DNA of 64,000 nt, taken from positions 8,262 to 72,261 of the forward strand of contig CAUJGS010000041.1 in NCBI GenBank assembly GCA_963170185.1, given 5' to 3'. The notes under the pieces were generated by a model. That model made no database searches and was not told the origin of the DNA. It was given only the letters and a program-made list of their open reading frames with translations. Made by a program: the position numbers and the translations under genes. The stretch comes from Bdellovibrionota bacterium (GTDB taxonomy: Bacteria; Bdellovibrionota; Bdellovibrionia; Bdellovibrionales; JAMPXM01). This document shows positions 1 to 8,931 of this stretch, one piece after another. Within the stretch, counting starts at the first letter, position 1. Every line of letters starts with the position of its first letter.

Positions 1-1
1 C

Positions 2-448
2 TATCTTCCAAAACCGTTTGAGCCACGTGAGCTTGTCGCGCGACTTCAGGCTCTGGTGCGACGTGCTTCGCGTGAAACAAAGGCGTCATCCGGTGTGAAA
101 CTGAAGTCAGGCCGGCTCGTACTTGATCGCAATATGCGCGAGGCTTGGTTCGCCGACGAAGCTTCACAGTCGGAGGCTCAAGCATCGGCGAAGACGGCTT
201 TGCAGTTAACGACTTCGGAGTTTGCAGCTCTCGAGCTTTTGATGATGAAGGCCGGGGAGTCCTTGGATCGCGACCAGATCATGGAGGCTCTTCGCGGGAT
301 CGAGTGGGATGCCACGAATCGCGTGATCGACATCACGATGAGCCGACTTCGGCAGAAGCTGGGTGACGACCCTAAGAATCCGCATTTTATCAAAACAATT
401 TGGGGAACCGGTTACGCTTTCATCGCTCCGGTCGAAAGCGAGGGGTAA
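2..448 (+). CDS. OmpR/PhoB-type response regulator, C-terminal part (5' end outside window)
   Basis: The frame of ORF 56..448 stays open to the window edge (nt 2: YLPKPFEPRELVARLQALVRR). Winged-helix end: RVIDITMSRLRQKLGDDPKNPHFIKTIWGTGYAF. Its stop abuts the GTG start of a histidine kinase. Confidence 0.85.
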   Translation, partial: YLPKPFEPRELVARLQALVRRASRETKASSGVKLKSGRLVLDRNMREAWFADEASQSEAQASAKTALQLTTSEFAALELLMMKAGESLDRDQIMEALRGIEWDATNRVIDITMSRLRQKLGDDPKNPHFIKTIWGTGYAFIAPVESEG

Positions 449-1828
449 GTGAAAGCGCTTCGCTTGACGCTAACGAGCAAGGTCATGTGGATTTTCATTG
501 CGGCCTTGATCGTGCTTGGAGCTCTAGCATGGGGGTTTTCGAAACCGTGGCGTGGGCCGTGGCGCGATCAGTTACCGAAGGTGGCTTGGATCAATCTGCG
601 CGCGCATCTTTCCAATGTCGTAAACGAGATCGGCTCCGACCCGACATCGGATTCCGCACAGGCTTTGCTTAAGGGGCTTCGGCTTCAGCTTCGCGTGAAA
701 CGTGCCAACGGGACGGATATCGAAACTCAACCGGGACTTCCGCCATGGACGGTTATTGAAACCGAAATTCGCAAGGAAGAAGAACGTTGGATGGAGAAAC
801 CCAAGTCGATGAAGTCTCGTCTCGGAGACTTTGTCGTCGGCCGACTGGGGGGCCGTATGTTCGCGGTTTTGGAAAAAAACGGCGACTACTACGCGTTCTT
901 CATCGCTGGCCGAAATGAGTTTCAAGGCGGCTTAAGAGCCTTCAGTGGCTTTGTGTTTACGATCGCCTTTTTGTTGATCGCGATTTTATTGATGACCTCT
1001 TGGTTGGTTCGGCCAATGAAATCGCTGATCGCTGGGGTCAATGCGATTTCGGAGGGCAAGCTTGATACCCGAGTTCCTGTCGAAGCCAAGGGAGAGTTCG
1101 GGCGTCTTGCGGAGTCTTTTAATAAAATGGCGGATCGTATTCAAGCGCAGCTAAAGTCTAAGGACAGGTTGCTCATGGATGTGAGTCACGAGCTAAGAAG
1201 TCCCCTTGGTCGCATAAAGATGGCGGCCGAGATGTTAAAAGACGAGCGCTTGCAGCCGCAGATTCAATCCGACGTTCGTGAGATGGAAGACCTAATTACG
1301 GAGCTTCTCGATCTCTATCGCCTGCAGGGCGGTGGCGCGAATGGCCTTGGGCACGGTGGACATCCAAAGACGGAGATCACAGTCGAAGACCTTCTTAAGC
1401 AAACGATCTCTCCACTCTTAGAAGGCAAGCCTGGTTTGCGATATGAGATCCACGGCGGTGAGGTCAAGGTGCTTGTCGATGTGAAGTCGATGGTTCGGGC
1501 CTTTCGCAACGTGGTCGAGAATGCGCAGAAGTTCTCGCATCATCAATCGCGTCCAGTTGAAATTCGGGTCAGGACGATTGATCAACAGGTGGAGATCGAG
1601 GTCGAGGACTTCGGGATCGGGATGTCGGCCGATGAGGCGGCAAGGATCTTTGAACCGTTTTATCGATCGGACACGTCGCGCGTGAGAGAGACTGGCGGTT
1701 ATGGCCTTGGGCTTTCCCTGTCGCGTGCGATCTTGCGGGCCGGGGGCGGTGATCTTCAGGTTGCACGTACGGAAGCTGGTCGCGGCTCCTTGTTCCGATT
1801 GAGTTTCCCGATAGCTCGGGCCGGTTAA
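449..1828 (+). CDS. sensor histidine kinase (TM - HAMP - HisKA - HATPase_c)
   Basis: 459 aa with two hydrophobic segments and a HAMP-like linker. H-box SHELRSPLGRI; N/G boxes VVENAQKFS, DFGIGM, GGYGLGLSL. Operonic with the upstream regulator. Confidence 0.9.
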   Translation: MKALRLTLTSKVMWIFIAALIVLGALAWGFSKPWRGPWRDQLPKVAWINLRAHLSNVVNEIGSDPTSDSAQALLKGLRLQLRVKRANGTDIETQPGLPPWTVIETEIRKEEERWMEKPKSMKSRLGDFVVGRLGGRMFAVLEKNGDYYAFFIAGRNEFQGGLRAFSGFVFTIAFLLIAILLMTSWLVRPMKSLIAGVNAISEGKLDTRVPVEAKGEFGRLAESFNKMADRIQAQLKSKDRLLMDVSHELRSPLGRIKMAAEMLKDERLQPQIQSDVREMEDLITELLDLYRLQGGGANGLGHGGHPKTEITVEDLLKQTISPLLEGKPGLRYEIHGGEVKVLVDVKSMVRAFRNVVENAQKFSHHQSRPVEIRVRTIDQQVEIEVEDFGIGMSADEAARIFEPFYRSDTSRVRETGGYGLGLSLSRAILRAGGGDLQVARTEAGRGSLFRLSFPIARAG

Positions 1829-1885
1829 CCCGGTTCCGTTTAAAATTTCGTGACGCCGCTTGTATGGGCGTGAGTCAATGGACTC

Positions 1886-3055
1886 ATGAAAAAGGGGCTA
1901 GCTAAAAAACTCGCCGAATGGGAGAAAGCAGGGCTCGTTCGGCAAGATCAAGTCGCTGCTATTTCACAGTACGAACAAAACCAGCCAGAGAGTCATTGGG
2001 TTTTGTCGGGTCTCATGATTCTTGGAGTCGTGATTATCGGGATCGGCGTGATCTCTTTGATTGCGGCAAACTGGTCGGAGATACCGGACGCCCTGAAACT
2101 TGCCGTCGACTTTCTGGTTTTAGGTGGAATTGGCTACGCGATCTTTCGAGCGGCACATTCCTCGGACTCTGGACGTCGCGAGATGGCTTTCAATGCCTGG
2201 ATCGTCGCTATGCAGGTCGCGGCCCTCGCTTCCATCGGACTGATTTCTCAGATTTATCACACGGGCGGAAAGCTCTATCAGGCGATTTTATTCTGGTCGA
2301 TACTTGTCGCGCCTCTTTCCTTGATTGCGACGAGGTTTTTTCCTCCGATGTTCTGGATGGGCGGACTTTTGGGAGCCACGACCTGGGCGGTGATGGACTC
2401 CGGGGTTTATAGCTCGTTGTTCTCCCGTAGCCCCGGATACGTGGCATTTTCTTTGACGACATTCTGCCTGATGCTCGCCGTGCTCGCTCGTCTTTTTAGC
2501 CGAGGCGAAGAATGGCCTCTGACACGAGTCGCGCGCTTTTGGACGTCCTATATCGGAATCGGTGCGCTTTTGTTTTTGGAATTCGCCGGTCGTGGGCGTT
2601 ATGAAGCTGAGTTCGTTCCCATGTACTTGGGTCTTGTGTTCTTGGCGATTTCCCTTGGCGGAATCGCCTTGGGCAGAGTTTATAACCGCTTTCAGCGTCT
2701 TTCGATGATGGCGATGCTCTTGTTCTTCACGACACTTGCTCACATTCAACACCTTGGCTCAGGTGCCGGATATGACGGTCGAGGGGGCGAGTGGTTGGTT
2801 CGTGTGGGGCTTGTTATTCTCACCTTGCTTGCCGCGGGCGTATTCGCTGCGAGTTTGCGTGCCGAGCGGACATTTCAGCTCATCTTGGCGATCATAGGTA
2901 TGCGTCTTCTGGGGGTTTACTTCGAGGCGGTTGGTGGACTTGCCGCTACGGGAGTTGGTCTTATCGTGTCCGGCGGAATCGTGATCGGCATGGGATGGCT
3001 TTGGAACAAGTATAGAAAGACGATTCAGGTGTGGGTCGAGGAGTTGTCGCGATGA
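1886..3055 (+). CDS. polytopic membrane protein, DUF2157-like
   Basis: 389 aa. A soluble N-terminus (MKKGLAKKLAEWEKAGLV) is followed by about 10 hydrophobic helices. Coupled to the next gene through ATGA at 3052-3055. Confidence 0.7.
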   Translation: MKKGLAKKLAEWEKAGLVRQDQVAAISQYEQNQPESHWVLSGLMILGVVIIGIGVISLIAANWSEIPDALKLAVDFLVLGGIGYAIFRAAHSSDSGRREMAFNAWIVAMQVAALASIGLISQIYHTGGKLYQAILFWSILVAPLSLIATRFFPPMFWMGGLLGATTWAVMDSGVYSSLFSRSPGYVAFSLTTFCLMLAVLARLFSRGEEWPLTRVARFWTSYIGIGALLFLEFAGRGRYEAEFVPMYLGLVFLAISLGGIALGRVYNRFQRLSMMAMLLFFTTLAHIQHLGSGAGYDGRGGEWLVRVGLVILTLLAAGVFAASLRAERTFQLILAIIGMRLLGVYFEAVGGLAATGVGLIVSGGIVIGMGWLWNKYRKTIQVWVEELSR

Positions 3056-3585
3056 CAGATACAATCAATCCGGTCTCATCGCCTCTTCATCGAAAGTTTT
3101 TGATCTTCGCCATCGCCTTTCCGATTGTTCTCTTGCTGGTGTTCATGCTGCATAAGCAGCGAGTCGTTTCGCAAGGGGCACGCGTCGTTTTAAAAATCAC
3201 GGGTTACGATCCGCGCGATCTGCTCTCGGGGCACTACTTGATTTACAATGTCGAGTATGGCGTAAACGCCGTGTGCACGTCGGACACAAATCTGGCTGAA
3301 GCGTATGTCTGCCTGGGGGATGGAACTTTCCGATTCGGATCCGTACGCGACTGCGGCCTGGCGATCGCCGGGAAATGCGAAAACTCGCGCTTCGTCGCGG
3401 GAATCGAACGGTTCTATGTTCCGCAGGAGAATGCACAGGAGTTAGAAAAACACGTGATGGGAAAAAATGCTTCCATCGAACTCGCCATTAAAAATGGTCG
3501 AGCGCAAGTCGTCGATCTTTTGATCGAAGGGAAGAGCTGGCGGGAAAAAATCAAAGAGCCGGCTCCATCAGAACCGGCTCCTTAA
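3052..3585 (+). CDS. GDYXXLXY-domain protein
   Basis: N-terminal TM helix, then ITGYDPRDLLSGHYLIY, which matches the DPxDLLRGDY core of the GDYXXLXY family. This family is the usual partner of DUF2157 genes. Confidence 0.7.
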   Translation: MTDTINPVSSPLHRKFLIFAIAFPIVLLLVFMLHKQRVVSQGARVVLKITGYDPRDLLSGHYLIYNVEYGVNAVCTSDTNLAEAYVCLGDGTFRFGSVRDCGLAIAGKCENSRFVAGIERFYVPQENAQELEKHVMGKNASIELAIKNGRAQVVDLLIEGKSWREKIKEPAPSEPAP

Positions 3586-3608
3586 AGTTAGTAATTTTTG
3601 TCGCGACC

Positions 3609-4151
3609 TTAAGGAAGGCCCGCTTGGTCTTTGAATTCGCGCAAGATTTGCGCGGGTGTTTTGCACGTGCTTGGGTTCTCGGGCATATTCGGCGGGCCTT
3701 TGGCGACTTCAGCAAGTTTCACGCGAACCTCTGCCGACACCTTGTCGTCGAGGTTTGAGATCGAACGGTACACCAGGCGTTTCACGGGTGCTGTCGGCGA
3801 CGCTTGGTAGTCTTTGAGTTCGAGCATGATCTTTGTCGGCGATCCGAATGGAACACCGTGAGTCACGCAACCAGTAGCTGGGTCGCGACGGATTTGAATG
3901 CCGTTGAATTCTGTCACCAACATAACAGCGCTATCGCCGATGCAGTCGACACGAACCGGCTCAACAACGTACTTGTCGATATCGTTGGCCGAAGCCAGGA
4001 ACGCCAGCGTTTCGACATAGTTGTTTGCCGTCCATTGACCGTTTTTCGCTGGGACCAGTGGTTTTAGCTGGGGCATGAGTTCCAGGAGTCCTGCGATCGA
4101 AGAGTGCCAGCTGATGTAGTCTGGATGGATTTGCTCGAGTGGATATCGCAC
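3609..4151 (-). CDS. hypothetical protein; probably the C-terminal segment of a frameshift-split gene
   Basis: 180-aa ORF with protein-like composition from its first codon (GTG at 4151, TAA immediately upstream in frame). It overlaps the 3' end of ORF 4064..5239 by 88 nt in another frame. Confidence 0.5.
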   Translation of the reverse strand: MRYPLEQIHPDYISWHSSIAGLLELMPQLKPLVPAKNGQWTANNYVETLAFLASANDIDKYVVEPVRVDCIGDSAVMLVTEFNGIQIRRDPATGCVTHGVPFGSPTKIMLELKDYQASPTAPVKRLVYRSISNLDDKVSAEVRVKLAEVAKGPPNMPENPSTCKTPAQILREFKDQAGLP

Positions 4152-5107
4152 TTAAGGTCTTCGACGCCAATCGCCGGATAACCAGGAGTTTTTCGAAACT
4201 GTCGATTGAACTCTGTTTCCGACTTAAGCCAGGTTCCTTCGCGCACCAAGCCGCCCGCAAATTTCCAGTGATTGATCTCGGTTTGAAGAATCAAGGTGAT
4301 CGACTCGGTTTGCGGGAATCGTCGCTCAGGCGGCAAGGCAGCAGATTGAAAACCACGTTCGGTGGCACTTCGCAGCAGTGCACGTACGTGATCGGCAAGT
4401 GTCGTCTTGCCGAGTGATGCGATTTCGCTGATGAGTCCTGGGTGAGGCCCGAGCGCTTTACCGAATGTCTCGGTGCCGTACTGAGTCTCGCTCAGATCTT
4501 GAAGTATTTTGAGATCTTCAATGGCCGCTTGAAGCTCGGCTGAGTCGAGATTGACCAGAATATGAATAGCTGTGGGGAGAGCGATGCCAAAGAGATTGAA
4601 AGGCTGTGTAACAAGTCGGAGACGCGGTTGGCAGCCGGGGTCTCGTGTGAGGAGAAGTGTTGATGGGAGACCGATGTGACTTTCTTTTTTTATGCGAATG
4701 ACTTCGCTACAGTCTTCGAATCGAAAAGATGTCAGTTTCCAGCGACGAAAATCTGTGATGAACCGTGAGTCGACATAAGGCAGATCCGCGAAGTCAGGAG
4801 AGTTCGCCGCCGCTTTGGGATACTCGAAGCGAAGGACCTGTTCAAAAATCTCTTCGTCAAGAACGCCTAGTTCTTGAATGGAAATAGCCGGATGTAACCC
4901 ATGTGGACCCACGGGTAAAAGCACGCTGACGTCGTTGACGTCCAGGCCCCTTGTCGCTAAGCCGCGCGCCTTTGCGGAATACACCTGCGAAGCAGCCCAT
5001 GTGGTAAGCGAAAGCGCAATAAGCAGGGTGATGCTGGCGACGGTTTGCGCATAACGCACAAGTGGCCGCAGCGGCTTTTTTGTTCGAGCATTCATACGCG
5101 CTCTCAT
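4064..5107 (-). CDS. hypothetical exported protein (N-terminal segment of a possibly split gene)
   Basis: An internal ATG (5107 or 5095) gives MRARMNARTKKPLRPLVRYAQTVASITLLIALSLTTWAASQ, a signal/anchor sequence. The last ~25 codons after ...IGVEDLK look like out-of-frame read-through. Confidence 0.55.
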   Translation of the reverse strand: MRARMNARTKKPLRPLVRYAQTVASITLLIALSLTTWAASQVYSAKARGLATRGLDVNDVSVLLPVGPHGLHPAISIQELGVLDEEIFEQVLRFEYPKAAANSPDFADLPYVDSRFITDFRRWKLTSFRFEDCSEVIRIKKESHIGLPSTLLLTRDPGCQPRLRLVTQPFNLFGIALPTAIHILVNLDSAELQAAIEDLKILQDLSETQYGTETFGKALGPHPGLISEIASLGKTTLADHVRALLRSATERGFQSAALPPERRFPQTESITLILQTEINHWKFAGGLVREGTWLKSETEFNRQFRKTPGYPAIGVEDLKCDIHSSKSIQTTSAGTLRSQDSWNSCPS

Positions 5108-5263
5108 ACGGCAATACCAGCTTTCGGGGAATGAGAGTCCCATGACACAGCGGGCTTCTTTTGCTGATTTCGCGTCACAGAGATTTGAAACGAATTGGAA
5201 CAAAAGATGTATCGGGAAGCGTATTCGTTCCGAAAACATCTGTTCGAAACACTGAGGTTGGCG

Positions 5264-7018
5264 ATGAAGAGGTCGGCATTGACGAATTCGAGCGTGCTGT
5301 CGCGAAGTTCGACAGTGGTCTTATTTGCCATTGGCGCATTTGCATTTGCGGCGACGCTTTCGTCCTGCTCAAAGCCGTCTCCTGAATCGAACCTGGCGAT
5401 TACAGACTTCAGCGTATCCGATATCGAAAAGCCAAACTCCGTTCGAGACGCCGAAGACGATGAAGGGGCCACAGAAACTCCACGTAAGTCTGAAGAGTTG
5501 GACGCACCCGTTGCCGCTCGTCCGGAAGTGTCTACCGGGGCGTCGCCTGTTGCCTTGGCGCCATCAAAACCCTACGCGCGGGCTGTTGAAATTCTCTCCG
5601 GTCACTCCACTTCGCAGCATGTGGGCGAGCCATGGGGCTCGGTCAAAGGCATGACGATGTTTCGCGGAAACCCGTCTCGCACCTACTACGGCACGGGACC
5701 GGTTCCTCGTACTCAGCCAAAAACCATGTGGCGTTATCCAGATAAACCGATGTGCGCGGAATCCTGCGTTGGGAAATCTTGTAAGCAGTGGTGTGGTCTC
5801 GGATGGACAGGGCAGCCAGCCGTATATGAACGAGCTGATGGCGTAACGGAAGTTATCTTTGGTGCGTACGATCGCCAGGTTCATTTTGTCGATGCGGCGA
5901 CAGGCAAAGCCACACGTCCGCCATTTCCTACTGGCGATATCATCAAAGGTTCGGTCACGGTCGATCCGGATGGATTTCCGCTTCTCTATTTTGGATCACG
6001 CGATAACAAGTATCGTATTCTCGCTCTTGATCGCGATGTTCCAACAGAGCTTTTCCACTTGAACGGCAACAAGGTTCGCCGTCGCCTTTGGAACGACGAT
6101 TGGGATTCCAACGGTGCAATCGTCAGCGATCGACTCTTTATCGGTGGCGAGAACTCGTGGTTCTACGTGGTGAAACTTAATCGCGGTCGCGACTCCCAAG
6201 GGAAAGTGAAGATCGATCCCGTTGTCGAAATTGAAATGCCGGGCTGGACCGAAGAGATGATGAAGATGCTCCATCCAGAAAAGCGCGACACGATGGTGTC
6301 GATCGAAAGCTCTCCGGTTGTCATCGGTAACCGTGCTTACTGGACGAACTCTGGCGGCATGGTTGTCGGAATCGATTGGACGAAGGTGAGAAACAAACAA
6401 GCCGACATCGTCTTCACATTCTGGACAGGTGATGATGTCGACTCGACTCCGGTTGTGGATGAAAAAGGCCATCTCTATATTTCCGTCCAAAAGGAGCTTG
6501 AGAACGGACGAAGCGGCCGTGCCTCACGAGAGCGTGTCGAAGAGATCGGGCAATTGATCAAGCTTGATCCTATGAATCCCATGAATCCGCTTATCTGGTC
6601 GGTTGCGATTCCGTCAAAACGTCAGGGTGACAAAGGCGGGATCTGGTCGACACCAGCATTGGATTTAAAACGAGGTCTTTTGATCGTGACAACTCATCCG
6701 GGAGACCTCTTGGCCGTGGACCGCAACACAGGCCGCGAGATGTGGCGAACACGCCTTGGTCACCACGAGTGGTCTTCGCCATTGGTGATCGGCGACAGCC
6801 TTGTTGTTGGTCGATGTCTTCACTCGGGTGTTCAGGCATTTGATCTCAGTGCCTACGGTCCAAGTGGTGGTCCTGGTTCCAGTGGACCTGTTCCGCCGGT
6901 TCTTTGGACCACGCAAGCACCTCGCGGTTGCGTTGAGTCGACTCCCACGATGTGGCGCGGTCGCCTCTACGTCGGCTCTCGCGACGGCTACTTCTACGGC
7001 TTGGCTGCGGAAAAATAA
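5264..7018 (+). CDS. lipoprotein with PQQ-like beta-propeller repeats
   Basis: Start at the internal ATG gives a lipobox signal MKRSALTN...AFAATLSSC. Repeated propeller-type segments: GGMVVGIDW, LLAVDRNTGREMWRTRLG, LYVGSRDGYFYGLA. Confidence 0.75.
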   Translation: MKRSALTNSSVLSRSSTVVLFAIGAFAFAATLSSCSKPSPESNLAITDFSVSDIEKPNSVRDAEDDEGATETPRKSEELDAPVAARPEVSTGASPVALAPSKPYARAVEILSGHSTSQHVGEPWGSVKGMTMFRGNPSRTYYGTGPVPRTQPKTMWRYPDKPMCAESCVGKSCKQWCGLGWTGQPAVYERADGVTEVIFGAYDRQVHFVDAATGKATRPPFPTGDIIKGSVTVDPDGFPLLYFGSRDNKYRILALDRDVPTELFHLNGNKVRRRLWNDDWDSNGAIVSDRLFIGGENSWFYVVKLNRGRDSQGKVKIDPVVEIEMPGWTEEMMKMLHPEKRDTMVSIESSPVVIGNRAYWTNSGGMVVGIDWTKVRNKQADIVFTFWTGDDVDSTPVVDEKGHLYISVQKELENGRSGRASRERVEEIGQLIKLDPMNPMNPLIWSVAIPSKRQGDKGGIWSTPALDLKRGLLIVTTHPGDLLAVDRNTGREMWRTRLGHHEWSSPLVIGDSLVVGRCLHSGVQAFDLSAYGPSGGPGSSGPVPPVLWTTQAPRGCVESTPTMWRGRLYVGSRDGYFYGLAAEK

Positions 7019-7042
7019 TCAGAGAAATAGCTACGCCTCTTG

Positions 7043-7297
7043 TCAGTGGATGAGCGGGCCTTCGTAGTTCTGCGGGCCGGTCGCGCGATCGTTCGATCTT
7101 AGGCTCCATCCGTATAGCAGGGTCAATAGTCCTAAGACGGCCGGCGCGATGAGCAAGAACGCCCGATAGGTCTCGATCGATAAAGTTGGGAAGAATGGAT
7201 TTAGGGTTCGAGTGAGGGTCTTAGAGACCTCGGAGAAGGGAAGCCAAAAGTAGGAGCTCAGTATGGCAAGCCCGGCAACACATAGGCATTTGCTCAC
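7043..7297 (-). CDS. small hypothetical membrane protein (2 hydrophobic segments)
   Basis: 84-aa ORF with a GTG start and no recognisable SD. Only its hydrophobic profile supports it. Confidence 0.25.
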   Translation of the reverse strand: MSKCLCVAGLAILSSYFWLPFSEVSKTLTRTLNPFFPTLSIETYRAFLLIAPAVLGLLTLLYGWSLRSNDRATGPQNYEGPLIH

Positions 7298-7355
7298 CAG
7301 GAGTCGTAGCTGGGGTAGCGTGTGCCTTCCTTGATCCAGTAAAGTGCGTTTTCGC

Positions 7356-7979
7356 TCATTGTTTTCCTAAAGGAGCGCTGATCTTTTTTCGGATGTCTTT
7401 TCGAACTTCGAGCGAAATGACTTCCGGAGTGACGATGGGTGTCTGGCCGTCAGCTTCGAAGAACGGTGAGGGGGACTTTTTCCCGAGAATGAGTCCCTTA
7501 AGGAGAAAGGGAGCGACGAACACGATGTCGCGAAGACCCATCTTTTGGGAAGCGTCTTTGGGTGGCTCGCCGTGGGCAAACTTCGCCATGATCCGACTTT
7601 TGACCTGGCCAAAGTTTCGCTCGACGAAACCGACTTCTCCGAAGTTGTAGAGATGAGGACTGAGGCCCGCCCAAGGGGCGCCAAGCATCAAGTTTGCGAC
7701 AGGTGTTTTACAGCAAACTGTCGAAAAGCGATAAAGACCTTTTGGCGAAAGCCGCGTGCAGCGAAGCTGTTCGCGTCCGGCCATGAATTTGATGGCACTT
7801 GGAAACGTGGGAATGACTTCGGTTCCGCCGTTTTGATCGAGCAGTTCGGCTCGCCCAATGTGATGAAGAAACGACTGGCAGTCGTCACAGTAGCAGACGG
7901 CTCGACCAGCTGTGGAAGCCTTGACGTCTATGACCTCAGCCTGAAACTTTCCGCACTCGCATCGCACTTTCGCAGTCAT
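7356..7979 (-). CDS. Cys-rich zinc-binding protein, GFA/CENP-V-like (DUF6151-like)
   Basis: 207 aa. Cys clusters: MTAKVRCECGKFQ, CYCDDCQSF, TVCCKTP. SD-like GAGGAAC lies before the ATG. Confidence 0.6.
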   Translation of the reverse strand: MTAKVRCECGKFQAEVIDVKASTAGRAVCYCDDCQSFLHHIGRAELLDQNGGTEVIPTFPSAIKFMAGREQLRCTRLSPKGLYRFSTVCCKTPVANLMLGAPWAGLSPHLYNFGEVGFVERNFGQVKSRIMAKFAHGEPPKDASQKMGLRDIVFVAPFLLKGLILGKKSPSPFFEADGQTPIVTPEVISLEVRKDIRKKISAPLGKQ

Positions 7980-8003
7980 AGGTTCCTCTGGTTGTCTTTC
8001 CAG

Positions 8004-8038
8004 TTACTTTTCTGATTACTTTTCTGAATACTTTCTGA
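8004..8038 (-). promoter_or_regulatory. three tandem 11-12 nt direct repeats in the 5' leader of gene 7356..7979
   Basis: Plus strand reads TTACTTTTCTGA, TTACTTTTCTGA, ATACTTTCTGA at 8004-8038. On the minus strand this is TCAGAAAGTAT/TCAGAAAAGTAA x2, ending about 24 nt upstream of the ATG. Confidence 0.4.
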
Positions 8039-8106
8039 GGATCTTTTCGCGCTCCGATGGCGCAGTCTCTTTGTTGCTTTAGAGATCTTCTCCATAAACG
8101 AGATAG

Positions 8107-8706
8107 TTAGTCAGGCATTTCTCTTAAGCTCTTCTCGATTTCGATCCAGGCTCGCGCTTCGCGTCGGTTTGCACCGTTGCCCTCAAGCTGATTAAGACGA
8201 ATATAGTCACGAAGACCAAGTACCGCTCGCCAGCTTTCTACAATCCGCGTGAATGGACGATGGTCCCAAAAACGGAGCCTCTCTCGAGAATTCGACGACA
8301 CGTTACTGTCGGTTTGCCAACGTGTTCGTCCAGTCACGGCCTGTGCGATCGCACCAGTGATTGCGCGAATGAATCTTGCGTACGCAAAGCGATTCCCTAG
8401 CTTGATATGCAGGTGAAGGTGATTTCCGACATTCGCCATCGAAAGCACACGGACGCCGTTGGTGCGCGCAAATCGGAGAACGATGTTCGTCACGCGTCTG
8501 CGATGGCGGGTGTGTCGAAGTGACCACTCGCCCTTGGCGAGCGAAGATCGCAAGACCAGATGCATGGTTTGGCGAGTGGCAAGTGGCCTTGCGCCTCGGC
8601 CGGCGCGAGTTTTTCGAAGTTCACCACCATATGCGCTCTTTTCTCGTTTCAGCATGGCGAGCTGAGGTGAGCGAGGGGAGTTGCGTTTTGGTGGGTTCTT
8701 GCGCAT
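8107..8706 (-). CDS. IS200/IS605-type Y1 (HUH) transposase-like protein, RAYT-like, copy 1
   Basis: HUH motif NHLHLHIK; Tyr motif RDYIRLNQ (compare YIxxNP of RAYTs); beta-strand MHLVLRS. Start at the internal ATG 8706 by homology with copy 2. Paralog at 62166..62942. Confidence 0.6.
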   Translation of the reverse strand: MRKNPPKRNSPRSPQLAMLKREKSAYGGELRKTRAGRGARPLATRQTMHLVLRSSLAKGEWSLRHTRHRRRVTNIVLRFARTNGVRVLSMANVGNHLHLHIKLGNRFAYARFIRAITGAIAQAVTGRTRWQTDSNVSSNSRERLRFWDHRPFTRIVESWRAVLGLRDYIRLNQLEGNGANRREARAWIEIEKSLREMPD

Positions 8707-8712
8707 GCGTTT

Positions 8713-8741
8713 CTTGTATGTGACCGATGGTATAGAGTCAA
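8713..8741 (-). promoter_or_regulatory. putative sigma70-type promoter of RAYT-like copy 1
   Basis: Minus strand reads TTGACT (8741-8736), 17 nt, TACAAG (8718-8713), with ATG 7 nt further on. The geometry and -35 are identical to copy 2, but the -10 is weak. Confidence 0.3.
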
Positions 8742-8931
8742 CCAAGAGAGTCTGGCTAGACTATTAGGACGTGGGCAAAGAACGAGCTGGGAGGGCGTGT
8801 CGAAGCCGAATTGGTGATCACGGCGAGGCGAGGTATGGAGGCGAAAATGGTGCGCTATCGAGGAACGCGCGCCTACGGCCATCGAAACGTTTACGATCGC
8901 CCGCGCCTCCGAACGCGCCATCGCGCGCGCG

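Noticed and set aside
4145-4156. Programmed -1 ribosomal frameshift joining ORFs 4064..5239 and 3609..4151.
   Set aside because: The junction (GAC CTT AAG TGC) has no slippery heptamer, and no downstream pseudoknot or hairpin is evident. A mutation or sequencing indel is more parsimonious.
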